The position numbers and the translations under genes are program-made. A DNA stretch of 63,842 nucleotides, counting the filler, from Craspedostauros australis (lineage: Eukaryota): NCBI GenBank assembly GCA_030167865.1. It is 10 parts of 10 records of this genome, joined end to end, with 100 filler letters (N's around TTAATTAATTAA, not from the genome) between each part and the next. Parts side by side here need not be neighbours in the genome. Positions count along the whole stretch, not along the records: positions 41,741 to 48,926 come from JALAGF010004185.1; positions 49,027 to 55,777 come from JALAGF010004186.1; positions 55,878 to 58,305 come from JALAGF010004187.1; 7 more parts are not named here. One strand, 5' to 3'. The notes beneath the pieces are model-generated. The model was given only the letters and a program-made list of their open reading frames with translations, was not told the origin of the DNA and searched no databases. This document shows positions 44,328 through 56,803 of the stretch, in pieces; the first letter of the stretch is position 1, and every line of letters starts with the position of its first letter.

Positions 44328-47300
44328 ATGGATGCTCAACTAAGCTCTAACTTAGATGACATTCTTGCATTATCCAGCCAACGGTTGCCAGAACCGCTCT
44401 CCTCTACCCTGCGATATGGCACACTGAACTTCGGTCTGCATATGACTTCGTCCGCCTGGCCGGCGTTCCAGCACATCTTCTGTGCCCACGACGACGGCCT
44501 TCCCATCAATTTGCGATCCTATCCCAAGACTACCCAGTATCTCGGGTCCACGGCGAGGCTATCGCATCGGGTGTTGAATCAACACCCGGTCGATTTCCTG
44601 GTCGTGTTTGGGATCAAGCAAATGGAATGGCGCAAATGGATCGGACGATGCTCATCCGGATCCAGACCATCCCTCATCCTCGAGATATGGACGGGACCAG
44701 CGGTATCCTGGATTCACGGGGCGGCCTCCAAGGGCGAATGCAAGCGGTGGGCGGACCTTGGCTACATCACGCAAGTCAAGACGATTCCCAACCTACGCGT
44801 GGGAGGCGTGGTACGAGTGTCCTACACGATGGTGGTACGATCGGCGACAACGTGGACGGCATCTGGCATCGCATGGCCAGACCTCCAACCCGCATCGGAA
44901 CGAAGCATGGCGAATTGTCTTCGCCACTGTGGAATTCCACGACGATGTTATACAACACAGAGCAACGCTCAGATGGTCCATGACAGCGCGACATCCGCCA
45001 TGCCATTGGACCGGCTGGCCCTGATTCAAACGGACCGCGGCATACGACGCCTCTTTCCAGACGAAGTGGGAAAAGCCCTGGGCAGCTCGCTCCCCGGCGA
45101 GGTCCTGCGACAGGTGAAATGGCGGGTGCTTTTCCACACACCGTCCCAACACCTGCTGGAGTACCTTTCCACCCCGCTGGTGGGTCTATCCAACCATCTC
45201 CATCAGCAACCTGAACACGACAACCTATCCTCAACCAGACGAACACGACGACGACGACGACAACGACAACGACCTGAGCCTACACCCCTCATGAAGACGA
45301 AATCCGACGACCGCGACTTCCAATGGACGCCCCCGGACCTATCTCCAGGGCAGCCGTGGCACCAGCAACGACTCCGCAACCTACGACACGCATGCAATAC
45401 GTATGGCGAGCGGGCCGAATCCCTTTTCCAAGGCGGACTACGGGACTTGGACATACACCGCACCAACTACACAGCCACACATCCGGATCCCAAACACCTG
45501 CGGGTCCTCTGGTGGGAGTTCCCTGCGCACCACTGGGATCACCTACGCGAAGGAAGTCCCATGAATTTCCTACGAGAACCGACGCCAGGCAACCATCCCA
45601 ACACCGACATGACTCCAGACCAACAACAGGTAGCGGCCGACTTCGTCGACGAGCTACTCAGCCTTGGTGTGGTGGAACCACAAGACCCAAATCATCCGGT
45701 GGTGGTGAACGCACCTCTCTTTGCTTTACCGAAACCAATGCAGCCCGACCAATGGCGCATCATCGCCAACATGCGCGAAAATCACGCGAATGAGCACATT
45801 GGGTCGGATCCGACAATTTTTCCAAAAAGTCGCGATATTCTGAAGCAGATGTATCACGGAGGCTGGTCTGCGGTGGTCGATGCGTCGAAATACTTCTACC
45901 AATTTCGAACCCGGCCATCGGAGCGGCGTTTCCTCGGGATCCAACATCCGATCTCCGGTGAGATGTACCAATATGCTGGACTACCAATGGGGTCTAGCCA
46001 GTCCCCAGCCATCGCATGCCGGTTTGGTACCGCCTTCCTCCGACAGCTGCGCCAGCGCTCCAAGCACTACCGAGGGTCCCACACATCCAACATGTGGTGG
46101 TCTGCGTTCCGACTAGAGAAGGAATACGACCATACTCTGGGCCAAGGCATAGTCTCCATGGGGTCCGATGGTCTACCGGCAGCACTCGTGTGGGCTCACT
46201 GCGATGACTTTATCATCCACGGTCCAACACGACAGAAGACAGCAGCAGCACTCACGGCCTTCCTCGATCTCTCCGTCGACTGCGGGTTGCTCTGCCATCC
46301 GGGAAAACTCACCCCGCCAAGTCAGATCGTCAAATACACTGGCTTGATCTTCGACACTACCGCAACCCCGCGGCTACGGATCCCAACCCTCAAGAGAGAC
46401 AAGATCATAGCAGTCATGGACTACGTCGATGACCATGCTGTCAGAGTCTCCCGACTCGCCCTCGCGGTGCTCGCCGGTATGCTTGAAAGCGTCGCTGAGG
46501 CCACACCCTCGTATCTCGGCCGCAACTACCTCCGCGCGCTCTACCATCTCGTCCACCCCACTGCCTGGGATCAACCTGAGTTGCCTTACTTCAGCTACAC
46601 GGCACTCGTCCCAGCCGTACAACACGACCTCCGCTGGTGGCGGGCAGCACTCCTCAACGACACGGCACGGAGCGGCCGGGCCACACGTACAGGGGTCCTG
46701 GTCAGCAGCTTCGGCGATGGCAGCGGGACAGGGACCGGGGGTACTATCCTCTTCCCACAACAGGCTTCTCGCATGTGGATGGGGACATGGTCCTCTCTCG
46801 TCGCCACCCGCCAGTCGTCCAACTGGAAGGAGTTGCGGACCCTGCTCAGCACTCTCGAGCAGGTGGCGCAATCACCGGAGTCTACCGCAGAAGTCACCGG
46901 AGCAACCTTCTTTTACTTCACCGACAACATGTGTACCTACTGCGTCGTGGACGGCGGCACCTCCACTTCTCCGGAGCTCCACAAATTGGTGCGACAGGTC
47001 AAGCAGCTCGAGTTACAGCTGTCCTGTCACCTACAGGTCATCCACATCCCGGGCACCGCCATCATCACTGAAGGAACCGACGGCCTTAGTCGGGGCATCT
47101 GGGTCAACGCCGCGCATCAACGGCCGACCTCGGAACAGATCCTCACCGCCTGCCTTGCACCAACAGCAGTACGGCCACTACATGTGCCCCATATCGCTCG
47201 GCTAGCGTTCCCGGAACAAACCATTGGCCTTCAGCTACGGGCATGGGACACTCCATGGGACCCAGAGCAATGCATGGACTGCATCACGCTCTGGGCGCCC

Positions 47301-47624
47301 CCACCCGAGTTGGCGTACCAACTTATCTACTTCCTGCTGGGATGCTGGGCTGAGCGGCCGCTTCATACAGGATTCGTCATCCTCGTCCCTCGCGTGCTCC
47401 AGCGCACCTTCACACGTCTGTCTCGTCATCTCATCAAGGTTGGCGTGTTCACCAACCACGATCTACACATCACCTCTCCCTCTCCTCTCAATATCCCTAA
47501 CCTCCTCCTTCGTGTCTCTCCTCATACGCGCTCTCTCACTCCTCCTAGACTGGACACTACTCCCTATTCCTGGCTTCGGCGGCACCACCAACGGATCGCC
47601 GAACAACTGCACGGGCTGTGCTAG
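44328..47624 (+). CDS. YR-retrotransposon ORF2, copy 2
   Basis: Translation identical to 37042-40338. Confidence 0.9.
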   Translation: MDAQLSSNLDDILALSSQRLPEPLSSTLRYGTLNFGLHMTSSAWPAFQHIFCAHDDGLPINLRSYPKTTQYLGSTARLSHRVLNQHPVDFLVVFGIKQMEWRKWIGRCSSGSRPSLILEIWTGPAVSWIHGAASKGECKRWADLGYITQVKTIPNLRVGGVVRVSYTMVVRSATTWTASGIAWPDLQPASERSMANCLRHCGIPRRCYTTQSNAQMVHDSATSAMPLDRLALIQTDRGIRRLFPDEVGKALGSSLPGEVLRQVKWRVLFHTPSQHLLEYLSTPLVGLSNHLHQQPEHDNLSSTRRTRRRRRQRQRPEPTPLMKTKSDDRDFQWTPPDLSPGQPWHQQRLRNLRHACNTYGERAESLFQGGLRDLDIHRTNYTATHPDPKHLRVLWWEFPAHHWDHLREGSPMNFLREPTPGNHPNTDMTPDQQQVAADFVDELLSLGVVEPQDPNHPVVVNAPLFALPKPMQPDQWRIIANMRENHANEHIGSDPTIFPKSRDILKQMYHGGWSAVVDASKYFYQFRTRPSERRFLGIQHPISGEMYQYAGLPMGSSQSPAIACRFGTAFLRQLRQRSKHYRGSHTSNMWWSAFRLEKEYDHTLGQGIVSMGSDGLPAALVWAHCDDFIIHGPTRQKTAAALTAFLDLSVDCGLLCHPGKLTPPSQIVKYTGLIFDTTATPRLRIPTLKRDKIIAVMDYVDDHAVRVSRLALAVLAGMLESVAEATPSYLGRNYLRALYHLVHPTAWDQPELPYFSYTALVPAVQHDLRWWRAALLNDTARSGRATRTGVLVSSFGDGSGTGTGGTILFPQQASRMWMGTWSSLVATRQSSNWKELRTLLSTLEQVAQSPESTAEVTGATFFYFTDNMCTYCVVDGGTSTSPELHKLVRQVKQLELQLSCHLQVIHIPGTAIITEGTDGLSRGIWVNAAHQRPTSEQILTACLAPTAVRPLHVPHIARLAFPEQTIGLQLRAWDTPWDPEQCMDCITLWAPPPELAYQLIYFLLGCWAERPLHTGFVILVPRVLQRTFTRLSRHLIKVGVFTNHDLHITSPSPLNIPNLLLRVSPHTRSLTPPRLDTTPYSWLRRHHQRIAEQLHGLC

Positions 47625-48926
47625 GCCTATCAACCGCCGCACAACCGCCCACCAATGTTGCTTCGCCGATGCTGGCTTCACGCACGGCGGGCTGCACTAC
47701 CGGCCGTGCCACACTCGGTATCATAAGCTGTGCTGCCGGGTGGGTCCACCGTTCCACACCCGGCTGCGCAAAGGCAAGGGTCTCGCTCTACCGACCAACC
47801 TTGGGATCCTCGGGGTCTTCGTGTGCGAAGCATGCACAGTTCGCGTGCACACCAAGCGGGAGTTGACTTCCACGCCCACCGACGTCTACCTCCTTCGGCT
47901 CGAGCGGATGCGCATCATCGACCTGGCTCACAACTGGGCCACCGGCACCTTGGCTACTTACGGAAGCAAGATCCGCGTGCTGCGACAGTTCGGCGCCGAC
48001 TACGGAGTCCCCACCTTACAACCGCCGGTTCTCTCCAGCCCCCCCTACTCGGACTCTATCCCGATCATGTGGGCACAGGAGCACTATGCAACTCAAACCC
48101 CCGCTCGGCGCAGTCGTCAGGACGTCGGCACCATCAAGTTCAGCACCGTACGAGGTTTGCGGAGTGCCGCCTCCGCTTTTTGGACATGGAACATGTGTCA
48201 CACACAGCCCGACACAGCCATGATGGACGCCAAGCAACGGCCTATCGTCGTCAACGCATGCAGTCCCACCGACCACCTCGGCTACACCATGCTTACTCAA
48301 GGCATGCGCGCACGCATGGGGGAGGATTCTCGGCCATCAGCGGCGCTGCTCGCACGTCATGTACAATTCATGGACCACAGCTTTCAGCAACAGTACCGCC
48401 ACGCCGCGACCACACACCAACAGCGCACTGCCGCCATGGCCGCCATCATCAACCTGGTGGGCTGGCTCGGATGGCTCCGGGCATCCGAGGCTTTCGGCAT
48501 CACCTGGGCGGACGTCACCCTTCTCCATCCACGCGACGCGGGCAACAACGATCTCCCCAACAACACGGGCGCAGTGTTGCTGCGCCTCGCGCTCCAAACC
48601 AAGTCCGACCGCAGCCGCCAGGCAGACGTCGTCGTGGCTTTCCGCACGGCATCAGGCCTGAGCCTCGGCGACTGGCTGCAGAGAGCGCATCGCCTCCGCG
48701 GTACACACAACGCTGCGGACTTCGTGGCTCAACACCCTTCCGGGCAACCGTGGACCTCCCAGTTCTACCGTGCCACGTTTGTGTACCCGTCTTTGCTCGA
48801 GCAACAGGACCGCGGGGATCCCTTCCTGCGGTCTGCTATCGGAGCTCAACACATGCCAATCCCGACGAGGTTCAACTCTTTCCACATGTATCGCCGAGGG
48901 GCGAGGACGCACGTATCTCGACGGCG
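47224..48926 (+). CDS. YR-retrotransposon ORF3 tyrosine recombinase, copy 2, 3'-partial
   Basis: Same as copy 1 except one Ser/Gly change. Confidence 0.88.
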
Positions 48927-49026
48927 NNNNNNNNNNNNNNNNNNNNNNNNNNNNNNNNNNNNNNNNNNNNTTAATTAATTAANNNNNNNNNNNNNNNNNN
49001 NNNNNNNNNNNNNNNNNNNNNNNNNN

Positions 49027-52000
49027 TGTCGCCACTCGTCGTAGTGCTTGGTCCCACAACTTCCAGTCCTTGCGCGGCACCTTGCCTTGTCGTGGCCAGC
49101 TGATGTGCCTCCGTCCTCGCCATTTGCCTTCATCGCTGTACTGTTGCCTGGCCACCACTCTTTGACGGCGCTCATCAATCACATCTGCCACACTTACCAC
49201 TTGCATGATAATTCGGCATCGGTTCAGACGGATTTGTTGTATCCTGCTGTAGCCTGCACCGCGAAATGCTACCATGAGCCATTCATCGTTGTCGTGTGCA
49301 AGTGCTGCCGTTGCTGTCTTCTCCCGGATCCGGATGCCACATTCGCTGGCTTCCTTCCACACGGTCTTGACCCAACATGCTGTCGCCAAGAACTCCCACT
49401 CCTTGTATTCGATTTCAAATAAGGATGTCCCCACTCCCACTTCCGTCTTCATTGCTTGTATGCTCCCTCGCATCAGCTTGCCCGTCATGGTCATCCTCTC
49501 GCCGTGCTCGAGGACCATCTTCAGGTGTTCCACCACTTGTGTTGTGTGTAGCTCATGCAGGTCCGCTCCTAGCCACCCCGCTGTTGCATACGCCATTTCT
49601 CTTGGAAACCCCTTATTGAAGCCCACTTTCGACATCATAGTCTTCCACACCGGTTTCATAATGCCGTTGCATTGCTCTCTTGACAATTGGGCCACCGGTA
49701 GCACATACTCCAGCTTCTTCATTAGCACTGTTCGCACCGCAATTTCAGCATCCTCCTGCCGCATGCGCCACGTTCGTACTCTCTCAACCCACTGCTCCGC
49801 TTTTCTCCGTAGCGTTGTCTCGATCGCCGAGTCATTACCATCCGGTGCGAGCTTCACTCCCAGCGTTTCGAACGCCTGATGGCACCCGCTTCTTGGCATC
49901 TCTTGTGGTATCCCTGTCGTCTCCTTCATCATCAACGCAGCTGGCGTCTCCTCGTCAGTGGCATATCGCCATGTGCCGTCCGCATTCCACTTGAAATCGA
50001 CGGCCCGCCACATGCATTTCTCCACGACCAATGCCCCGCCTGTCGCCCTTGCTAAGCTCTCCCATGATTGCACGCTCTTTTGCATTCGTTGTATGGTTTG
50101 CTGCACGTCTTCTCCATCTCGTGCATTCACAACTAGATCTGTGTCGTCCACAAATGCATAGCCCACCATTTCAACGTCCTCATTGCTCACCGCGGTTCGG
50201 AAGTGGGCTGTGTGCCCTTCTCGTTTCATAATATCCAGCACTGGTGAGGAGATAACCGCCCATATTACAGGGCCCGCTCCATTCCCTTGGTAAATGCCTT
50301 GCATTGGCACCACCCACCTTTTACCGCCATACGTCAGTCTGGACTCTCCGTATGCGGTTCTGATGTAGTGCTCAAGCTGTTGGAGCGTGCTGAACATGCA
50401 CACCACTTCCGACTGTGCGATTCCCTGTCGTTGCAATCCCATCGACGCCACCGTGTGTACGATCCGATCGAAACAGCTCTTCAGGTTGTTGGTGCATAAC
50501 ACCGTTGGTATTCGTGTTTGCCTTGCCCAATCCATTGTGAGTTGCTTATTCAGCGCATGGTCTATCGCCCGATGCCGCTTCCTGCTGCCGTACTGTTCCT
50601 CCGCGAACCCGTCTTGTTGTTCTGCTTGGTGGGCTGCCTTTCTTCCGATCGCTTTGTTCGCAAAGTTGAAGTCAGCCTCGAAGAGGACAATGGTTCTGAG
50701 CTTATCGACTCGGAAACTGTTCGCCTTCTTCATCAGTTCCACATCCGTGCCTTTCCTCCACCTTTGGTATGAGTAGCCGCTCACCATCGCCACCGATGTC
50801 ATACTTGCTTCAAATTCCGAGTTCCCTCGGTGATATGCGATGGCCTTGAAGTGACCGAAGTGTAGCCTTGATGGTCCTGCTGATGTGTCCTCCTTGGCTT
50901 TCCTCCATCCTTGTTGGAATTCTTCTGTCGTCATTCCTGCCGGTATGCTTCTGCTTGCGACTGATCGCAACCCTGCCAGAAGTTTCTTGGCACCTTCGTC
51001 GACCCATTGCCTTGGCTCGTACGTCCCGTTGAGCGTTTTCTCGGCTGCGTTGGTTACTCCGAGGTATCCGAATTCCTGCGCAAGCTGCCCATGCATGAAT
51101 GGTGTTTCTTCTGTCTGCCGAAACCTTCGCTTATTTTCCTCCATGCACCCTCGCTCGATCTCCTCTTTGCCTGTTCTCTCGACCCACTGCCCATTGCTGT
51201 CGGGCGCAATCACCATCGATATCCCTGCCGTTGCGTTGTCGCCCGCGGCCAAGCGTATTCTCCGATATGTTGCCCGTACTCTTTCCTTCTTCCGCAGCTG
51301 GAGTAATTGTTGTGCCGTTGCCTCTCCCGCGCTCATTTCTTGTGCGCCGCCGACGTCGTTCGTTTTCTGTTCTGCCCGCTTTCTGACTTCCTCGAGTCCT
51401 CTGGCTTCCGCCAGACCCTCCAGCCAGTTCTCCCGTGCATTCGTCGCTCGCCCTCGAAACTGCTTCAGCTCCATATATGCCTCCGCTTGTTCCTTGTCCA
51501 CTTCGTCGCTGCCACATCTCATGAGTTCCTTCACTCTCCTTGCTTCTCCCGCCCGTTTCGCCAGTCTTGTCATCATCGTCGAGGAGATATTGGCTCCCTT
51601 CCTTTTCCTCACCACATTATTCCACAATCCGATGCGTGCCTCGATTCTTTTGTATTCTCTGGAATACGGAATGCCTCCCATCCGTCGTCTGCGGCATTTC
51701 TCGTCGGCTTTCCAAATTCCTTCTACTCTTATCCTGTCGAGTGCTTCCGCTTCCTTCTCCATCCCCGCTGTCCAAGTTTCCTTTGCTTCTTTCTCCAACC
51801 TGAATGCTCTCGATCTTGCTTTGTGCTGTCGCAGATAAGTCGCGTATGCCTCGTTGAATTTTTCCACGATTCTTGGATCTTCCGTCTTCACTCTTCTCGT
51901 CACTGCCTTACGGAGTGCTGGCATCGATTGCCCAAGCACTGCCACCATGCTGATATTGATCCACAGACATTGGTGATCCGCCTGTCTTAGCTGTATGCCT

Positions 52001-52941
52001 TCGTCCCAATCGCTCATGCCTGCTCCTTCAATCCGTACTCCTGCTGTTGCGAATATTCCGTCTATGGGTACTTTGCCCAGTCGGTGTGTCGGTAGCCTGC
52101 TGACTTCCTTGTCTGCCCACTCCATGGTGTTGTTGAGTCCTGTGTTCTCTCTGAATTCGCGCATCGTTGTTGAGTCCGTATCTTCGTTGCAATCCATTGC
52201 CACGATGATATGGTCCCCTTCCGTTCTCCATGCCCGGATCGCTCTCTGCAGATCTTCTATCATCGCTGTTCGTGGTTCTCTATCCTTCCTTTTCTCGTTG
52301 AAGTATCGCCGATGTTGTGCATGCGTGTTGAGGAACCCCTTGCTTCTTGGCCGACATGGCCGATATGCCACTACAACTCGAAGTGTCTGTTGGTTCGCCC
52401 CTCGGTATCTTTGCCATACCCACCGCCCCAGCTTGGTCGGATCTTCTCCTTGGCCCATGATTCTGATTGCAGCCTGAAATCTGCTGATCATCGCCACTCC
52501 TCCCCACTGCTTGCTTTCTGTCGCCTCGCTCGTTCGGTTGTTTGCTGTTTTTGCAACCGTCGTCCCTGTTGGCCACCATTCTTGCGTTTGGCCTTTCAGA
52601 GTATGCTCCGCCGATGTCGTCCTCCAATCCACATTCACCTCGGTAATCCCAAACACGTCGAACTCCCCTTCATTCATCCACCTCTTCAGTCCTTCATCCA
52701 CTGCTCCCGGTCGTCTTCCCAGCCTTCCAAAGTTCTGCACTCCTATCCGCAGCTGTCCTTCTTGCTTCCTTAGCATTCTCCTCCTCACCCTGTTCGTCCG
52801 TCCACCCTCGTTCGTCTCCCTTCGTCTTCCGCGGTCGGTCTGTTGCGGTATAACCTCCCGATCCGCGGGCGCTTGTTGTGGGCTCAGAGTCTGCCGCCGT
52901 GCTGCCACCGGCTGTTGCTCTTGCCCTTCCTGTCTAACCAT
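49027..52941 (-). CDS. LINE ORF2 (APE + RT), 3'-partial
   Basis: GITEVN, MDCNE, IDGIF, ADH; EQYGSRK, NNLKSCFD, IYQGNG, FVDDTD. Confidence 0.92.
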
Positions 52942-55662
52942 TCACCGGGTCCCCTCTCGGTTCCCCAGCTCTTTGCTCTTCGTGCGCCTCTTCCTGGTCG
53001 TCACCCGTTCCGATGGTTTGTGTTATGCACTGGACCGTTGGTGGTCTTACTTCCGTTCCGGTTGCGCGCGACTTTCCTGCCGCTTTAAGTGCTTCATTCT
53101 CCTCCTTGGTTGTCACCACCAATTGCTTGAGCTCTTCCATTTGCTGCTGCATTGCAGCCATCATTGCTCTTGTCGTTCCTGTTGTCCGTCCTGTACTTCC
53201 TGGCAGTGTTGACATCACCGACCCTTGCGCCTGTGCCTCCAATATTTCCCCATCTGCTCTTGCAACGCGGCCATCTTGTCTCTCTGCGTGCCTGACGTAC
53301 TCCGGCTTGCCCCCGTAATGGTCGATGTTGTTGACCCTTCTTCTTCTCTTGCTTGCTGTGCTGCTTTTCGTTTTGCACTGCGTTTCTCACGGACCTGTCG
53401 CCATGCCCGTGTATCCCGCATGGAGGGTATAGTATCTTCGTCTCCATAGTCCTTCTCTTGCCTCACAGTGATCCCTCTTTCCGCTTCTTGCTCTTCATCG
53501 CCATCCTCTTCTCCTTCGGTTGTCTGGAAATGCATGTCCTCATCCACTGCCATTGCTGCCTCCACTTCTTTGTCTTTCTCGGATATCACCCTCTTCGTTG
53601 TTGCGTCCCATTTCATCGTCTTGGCTTCGACTCTGGCCATGGACGTGAAAAGCCTTTCCACTTCCTTGCCATAGTCGGCTGTGAGTTTTACCAGCAGCCC
53701 TTTCACCACCATCCTTGCTTCCGCCGTCTTCTCAGGGTGAAACTGTAGCACGTACCCGTTGCCTCTCCACTGTTTGTCAATCGATGTGAAGAGGGGCGTC
53801 TTGACGTTGCCCGTCGTCGACTTGATCTTCATCACCATTTCTCTAAGCGTCAGATTGGTGCCGTCCGGTATCTCCTGCAGACATTCTGGTATGATGTCAT
53901 AGGTTGTCATTGCCACTGCATGCAGGCACCATTCCATTTGCCGCTCCCGCAGTTCAAACCACCCTTTCCTCATGTCCGTGTTGACGATTCCCAACAATGG
54001 CGTGATGATTCTCATCCTCACCCCAAGAGGGAACTTCTTGGATTTCGTGCTGTAGTAGACTTCCAATACTTTGGCCACCAATGCTCTGTCGTCAGTGCTT
54101 GATTCGACGTGTAGCGCCCTCGGGTCCTTTTTCGTGTCCCTGTTGGGGTCGTACTTCTTGCCGTCTGCAATCCTTTTCCAGGTGATCGCCACTTGTGTCT
54201 TCGCCAGCTTTGTCAGCTTTGCTTCCAATGCGTCCGCGTCGATTTGCCGGGTAGAGTACAGGAGCCAGCCCAATGTTGTCGTGGATGGTGCTTGGATCTT
54301 CGCTACTTCAAATCTTCCGCCGATGTGCTGGAAGTAATCCGTCAGCTCTCCTGTGATCTTGTTGATCAGCCCTTTTGCCTCAATCTTTTCTTTCAGGTAT
54401 CCTTTCTCCTTTGCCACTTTGTAGATTGGTCGCACCCCTTTGAAGAATCTCTTCAGATTGGTCATGTCCGTCGGAAATGATTCCATTGCATGCACGATTG
54501 TTTGATCTTCGTACGGATTCCACGGTAGCAGTTTTGCCGTTGCGTTCACTCGTTGGATTGATCGCAGGAACTCTTTGCACGATGCGATTGCCGCGTCAAT
54601 TGCCGTTCCTGCATCATTGGCCCCGTTCCCGCCTTCGATCATCATCTGTACGTCGCAATAGCGCGTCTCGATGGCTTCGCCGCCTTGAGTTCGGTTCATT
54701 CCAATTCCGCTTTCGTTGCTGCCTGCTTGTGTTTCTTCGTCGCAGTCCATTGCTCGCGCCTTGTTCCTCTTTTCGCTTTCGCTTAATGTGCGTTGTGTTG
54801 CCGTTGTCTTGGTTACTGCCGTTTCGTTCGCCTCGTCTGTCGCTGCGTTGGCGTCGTCGGTGTCTTGCCCTGCTTCTCGTAGGTCCTTGCGTTTGGTGGG
54901 CTGCTCTGCTGCCAGCGCGTGTTTTGGACTCCTCTCTGTCCGCTTCTTGCTTCCGCTTTGATCGTTTCTCTCCAATGCCGTCGTCACTATCATGGTTCCC
55001 CCGATTCCGCCGTCCTCCCATGTATCTGTCCACTCCTGCTCTTCGTCACTGCTCTCCTGCTCGTCTGTCCCTGCTTTGTCTCCATCGTTGCCGCCCTTGT
55101 CCTTTCCTTGGTCTGGTGTATCTTTCGTCATTCCATCTGTCTTGCCTTTGTCCTTGTCGTCGTTGTCATCCTTCTTCTTGAGTTCCTTCATCTTCCCCCA
55201 CTTCTTGCCCAGTGCTTGCCTGATCGTCTCCGATGCCGCCCCGACGGACTTTCGCCCTGTGTTTTCTTCTTGCACAGTGATTTCATTGTTCTCAATGCAT
55301 TGTGTGCATACCACAGGGAAGCCTCTTGGTGTTACCAGGCCTTCCTCGGGTTTGATCCAAGCTCTGCATTCTCGGTGGGCTGGTATTCCGCATACGATGC
55401 ATCGCACCGCTGCTGCTGCTTGCCCTCGTCCCTTGCAGTACTTGCCTGCGGCGCACTCTACGTTGCGGGTGCCTCTTCCTTGTTTTCCATCTTCCTGTCT
55501 CAATTCTTCCCCGTTTTTCTTTGTGTTTGTCCCTGCCTGTCCTTCCATCTCTCCTTGTCCTCTCGTGTTTGTCTTGTTGCTATTGATGCCTCCTCGGACG
55601 TACGCTTCCATCGGCATTTGGCCGGTCGGACGCGTCATCTTGCCAATCCTCTTCGTCGTCAT
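52934..55662 (-). CDS. LINE ORF1 with N-terminal PHD-like finger; one frameshift near 53245-53251
   Basis: CAAGKYC..CIVC..HREC..CTQC (C4HC3) at 55297-55455. ORF 52934-53242 continues the coiled-coil tail after a one-base slip in GGGGAAA. Confidence 0.82.
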
Positions 55663-56305
55663 TCGTTCGTTGTTTCACTAGTAGTTTTTGCTGTCTGTTG
55701 TTTGTCTTCAATTTGTTTATTCGTGGTTTATTTGCTGCGACAATTTCTTCCGGAAGTTGGTTCCCTTCGAAAATTGTNNNNNNNNNNNNNNNNNNNNNNN
55801 NNNNNNNNNNNNNNNNNNNNNTTAATTAATTAANNNNNNNNNNNNNNNNNNNNNNNNNNNNNNNNNNNNNNNNNNNNCGTGAGTGTGGTTTCGGTGCGCG
55901 GGCTCTTGTGATTTTGTGGGAGTCGGATGTTGTGAGCCTCAGTTTGGCGAACCCCCTCCATTTTCGTCGTCGTCCAAACGTCTACACGATCCACGAAAGA
56001 AGCAATTTGCCTTGGCCATCTAGCAAGATCAGGAGTAGAACCTACACAAACAGCAACAGTGCCAACCACAATGGTGATCGCACCATCTTTGGGCAAGCAA
56101 CGGCAACCACCAGATTTAAATCAATCCTACCATGTGCGAAGAGTCATGGCAAACGGCTATAAACGGAACCAATGGCGCGAAAGTGGATAAGTGCGACGGC
56201 AATGGCAAATGCGTAGTATGAGCAAATACGACCGTGCCAATTCGAGTGCCATCTGCGTCGAGGGTAGCACACAATACCTACAACAGAAGGTGCCAGCATA
56301 ACAAC

Positions 56306-56803
56306 ATGGCAACACCAACACCAAAAAGCAAAATGAAATGGGCCGATGCCAAAAAGGTGCTGGAGGAGGACCTGAAAATGGGAGCTATCACACCCGGCAT
56401 GACACCCAAACAAATCTACGAAGGTCGTGCTGAGTTTGGCAGCATCAACTACGTCAACTTCCGAAACAACTTGAATCGACTTCGGAAGAAATGGAAAAAG
56501 TACAAGCAAGATGCGGACGAAGCCGACAAAGCGCTCCAAGCGTTTGAACGTATGCACATTACACCACCGCAGACAACGAAGCTGAGATGGGATGGATCGG
56601 AAGCACAACGGAAGCTCAAGCAAGATATGCAGGATGAGGCATTGAAGAACTATACATCAAGGCAACTTCATGACATGCGAGGGTGCTATCAGGTGTTCCC
56701 GATGGATCAATTTCGGAAACACTTTCACGCGGCGAAAAGATCAAAGTACGAGTCTTTGTATTGGCAGCAACGCAAGAAGGAGAAGAAGCGATCAAAGAGG
56801 TGA
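56306..56803 (+). CDS. Small basic protein with two internal repeats (W..S/AKK.L..D...FRNN/FRKH), probably transposon-associated
   Basis: ATG at 56306; repeats KWADAKKVLEEDL..NFRNNL and RWDGSEAQRKLKQDM..QFRKHF; basic NLS-like C-terminus. Confidence 0.6.
   Translation: MATPTPKSKMKWADAKKVLEEDLKMGAITPGMTPKQIYEGRAEFGSINYVNFRNNLNRLRKKWKKYKQDADEADKALQAFERMHITPPQTTKLRWDGSEAQRKLKQDMQDEALKNYTSRQLHDMRGCYQVFPMDQFRKHFHAAKRSKYESLYWQQRKKEKKRSKR

Larger units (their letters stand above)
41741..48926 (+). mobile_element. YR retrotransposon copy 2, near-identical to 34455-41640 (offset 7286)
   Basis: Same 7186-bp length and same end points. Differences noticed only at 40768/48054, 40841/48127 and one N. Confidence 0.93.
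49027..55777 (-). mobile_element. Second Ambal-like LINE family, 3' end cut by the contig boundary
   Basis: ORF1 plus ORF2 homologous to, but clearly diverged from, the element at 11330-19701. Confidence 0.92.

Noticed and set aside
33359..55777. Functional cluster of P-loop protein, YR elements and LINE
   Set aside because: These lie on four different contigs; their adjacency is an artefact of concatenation.
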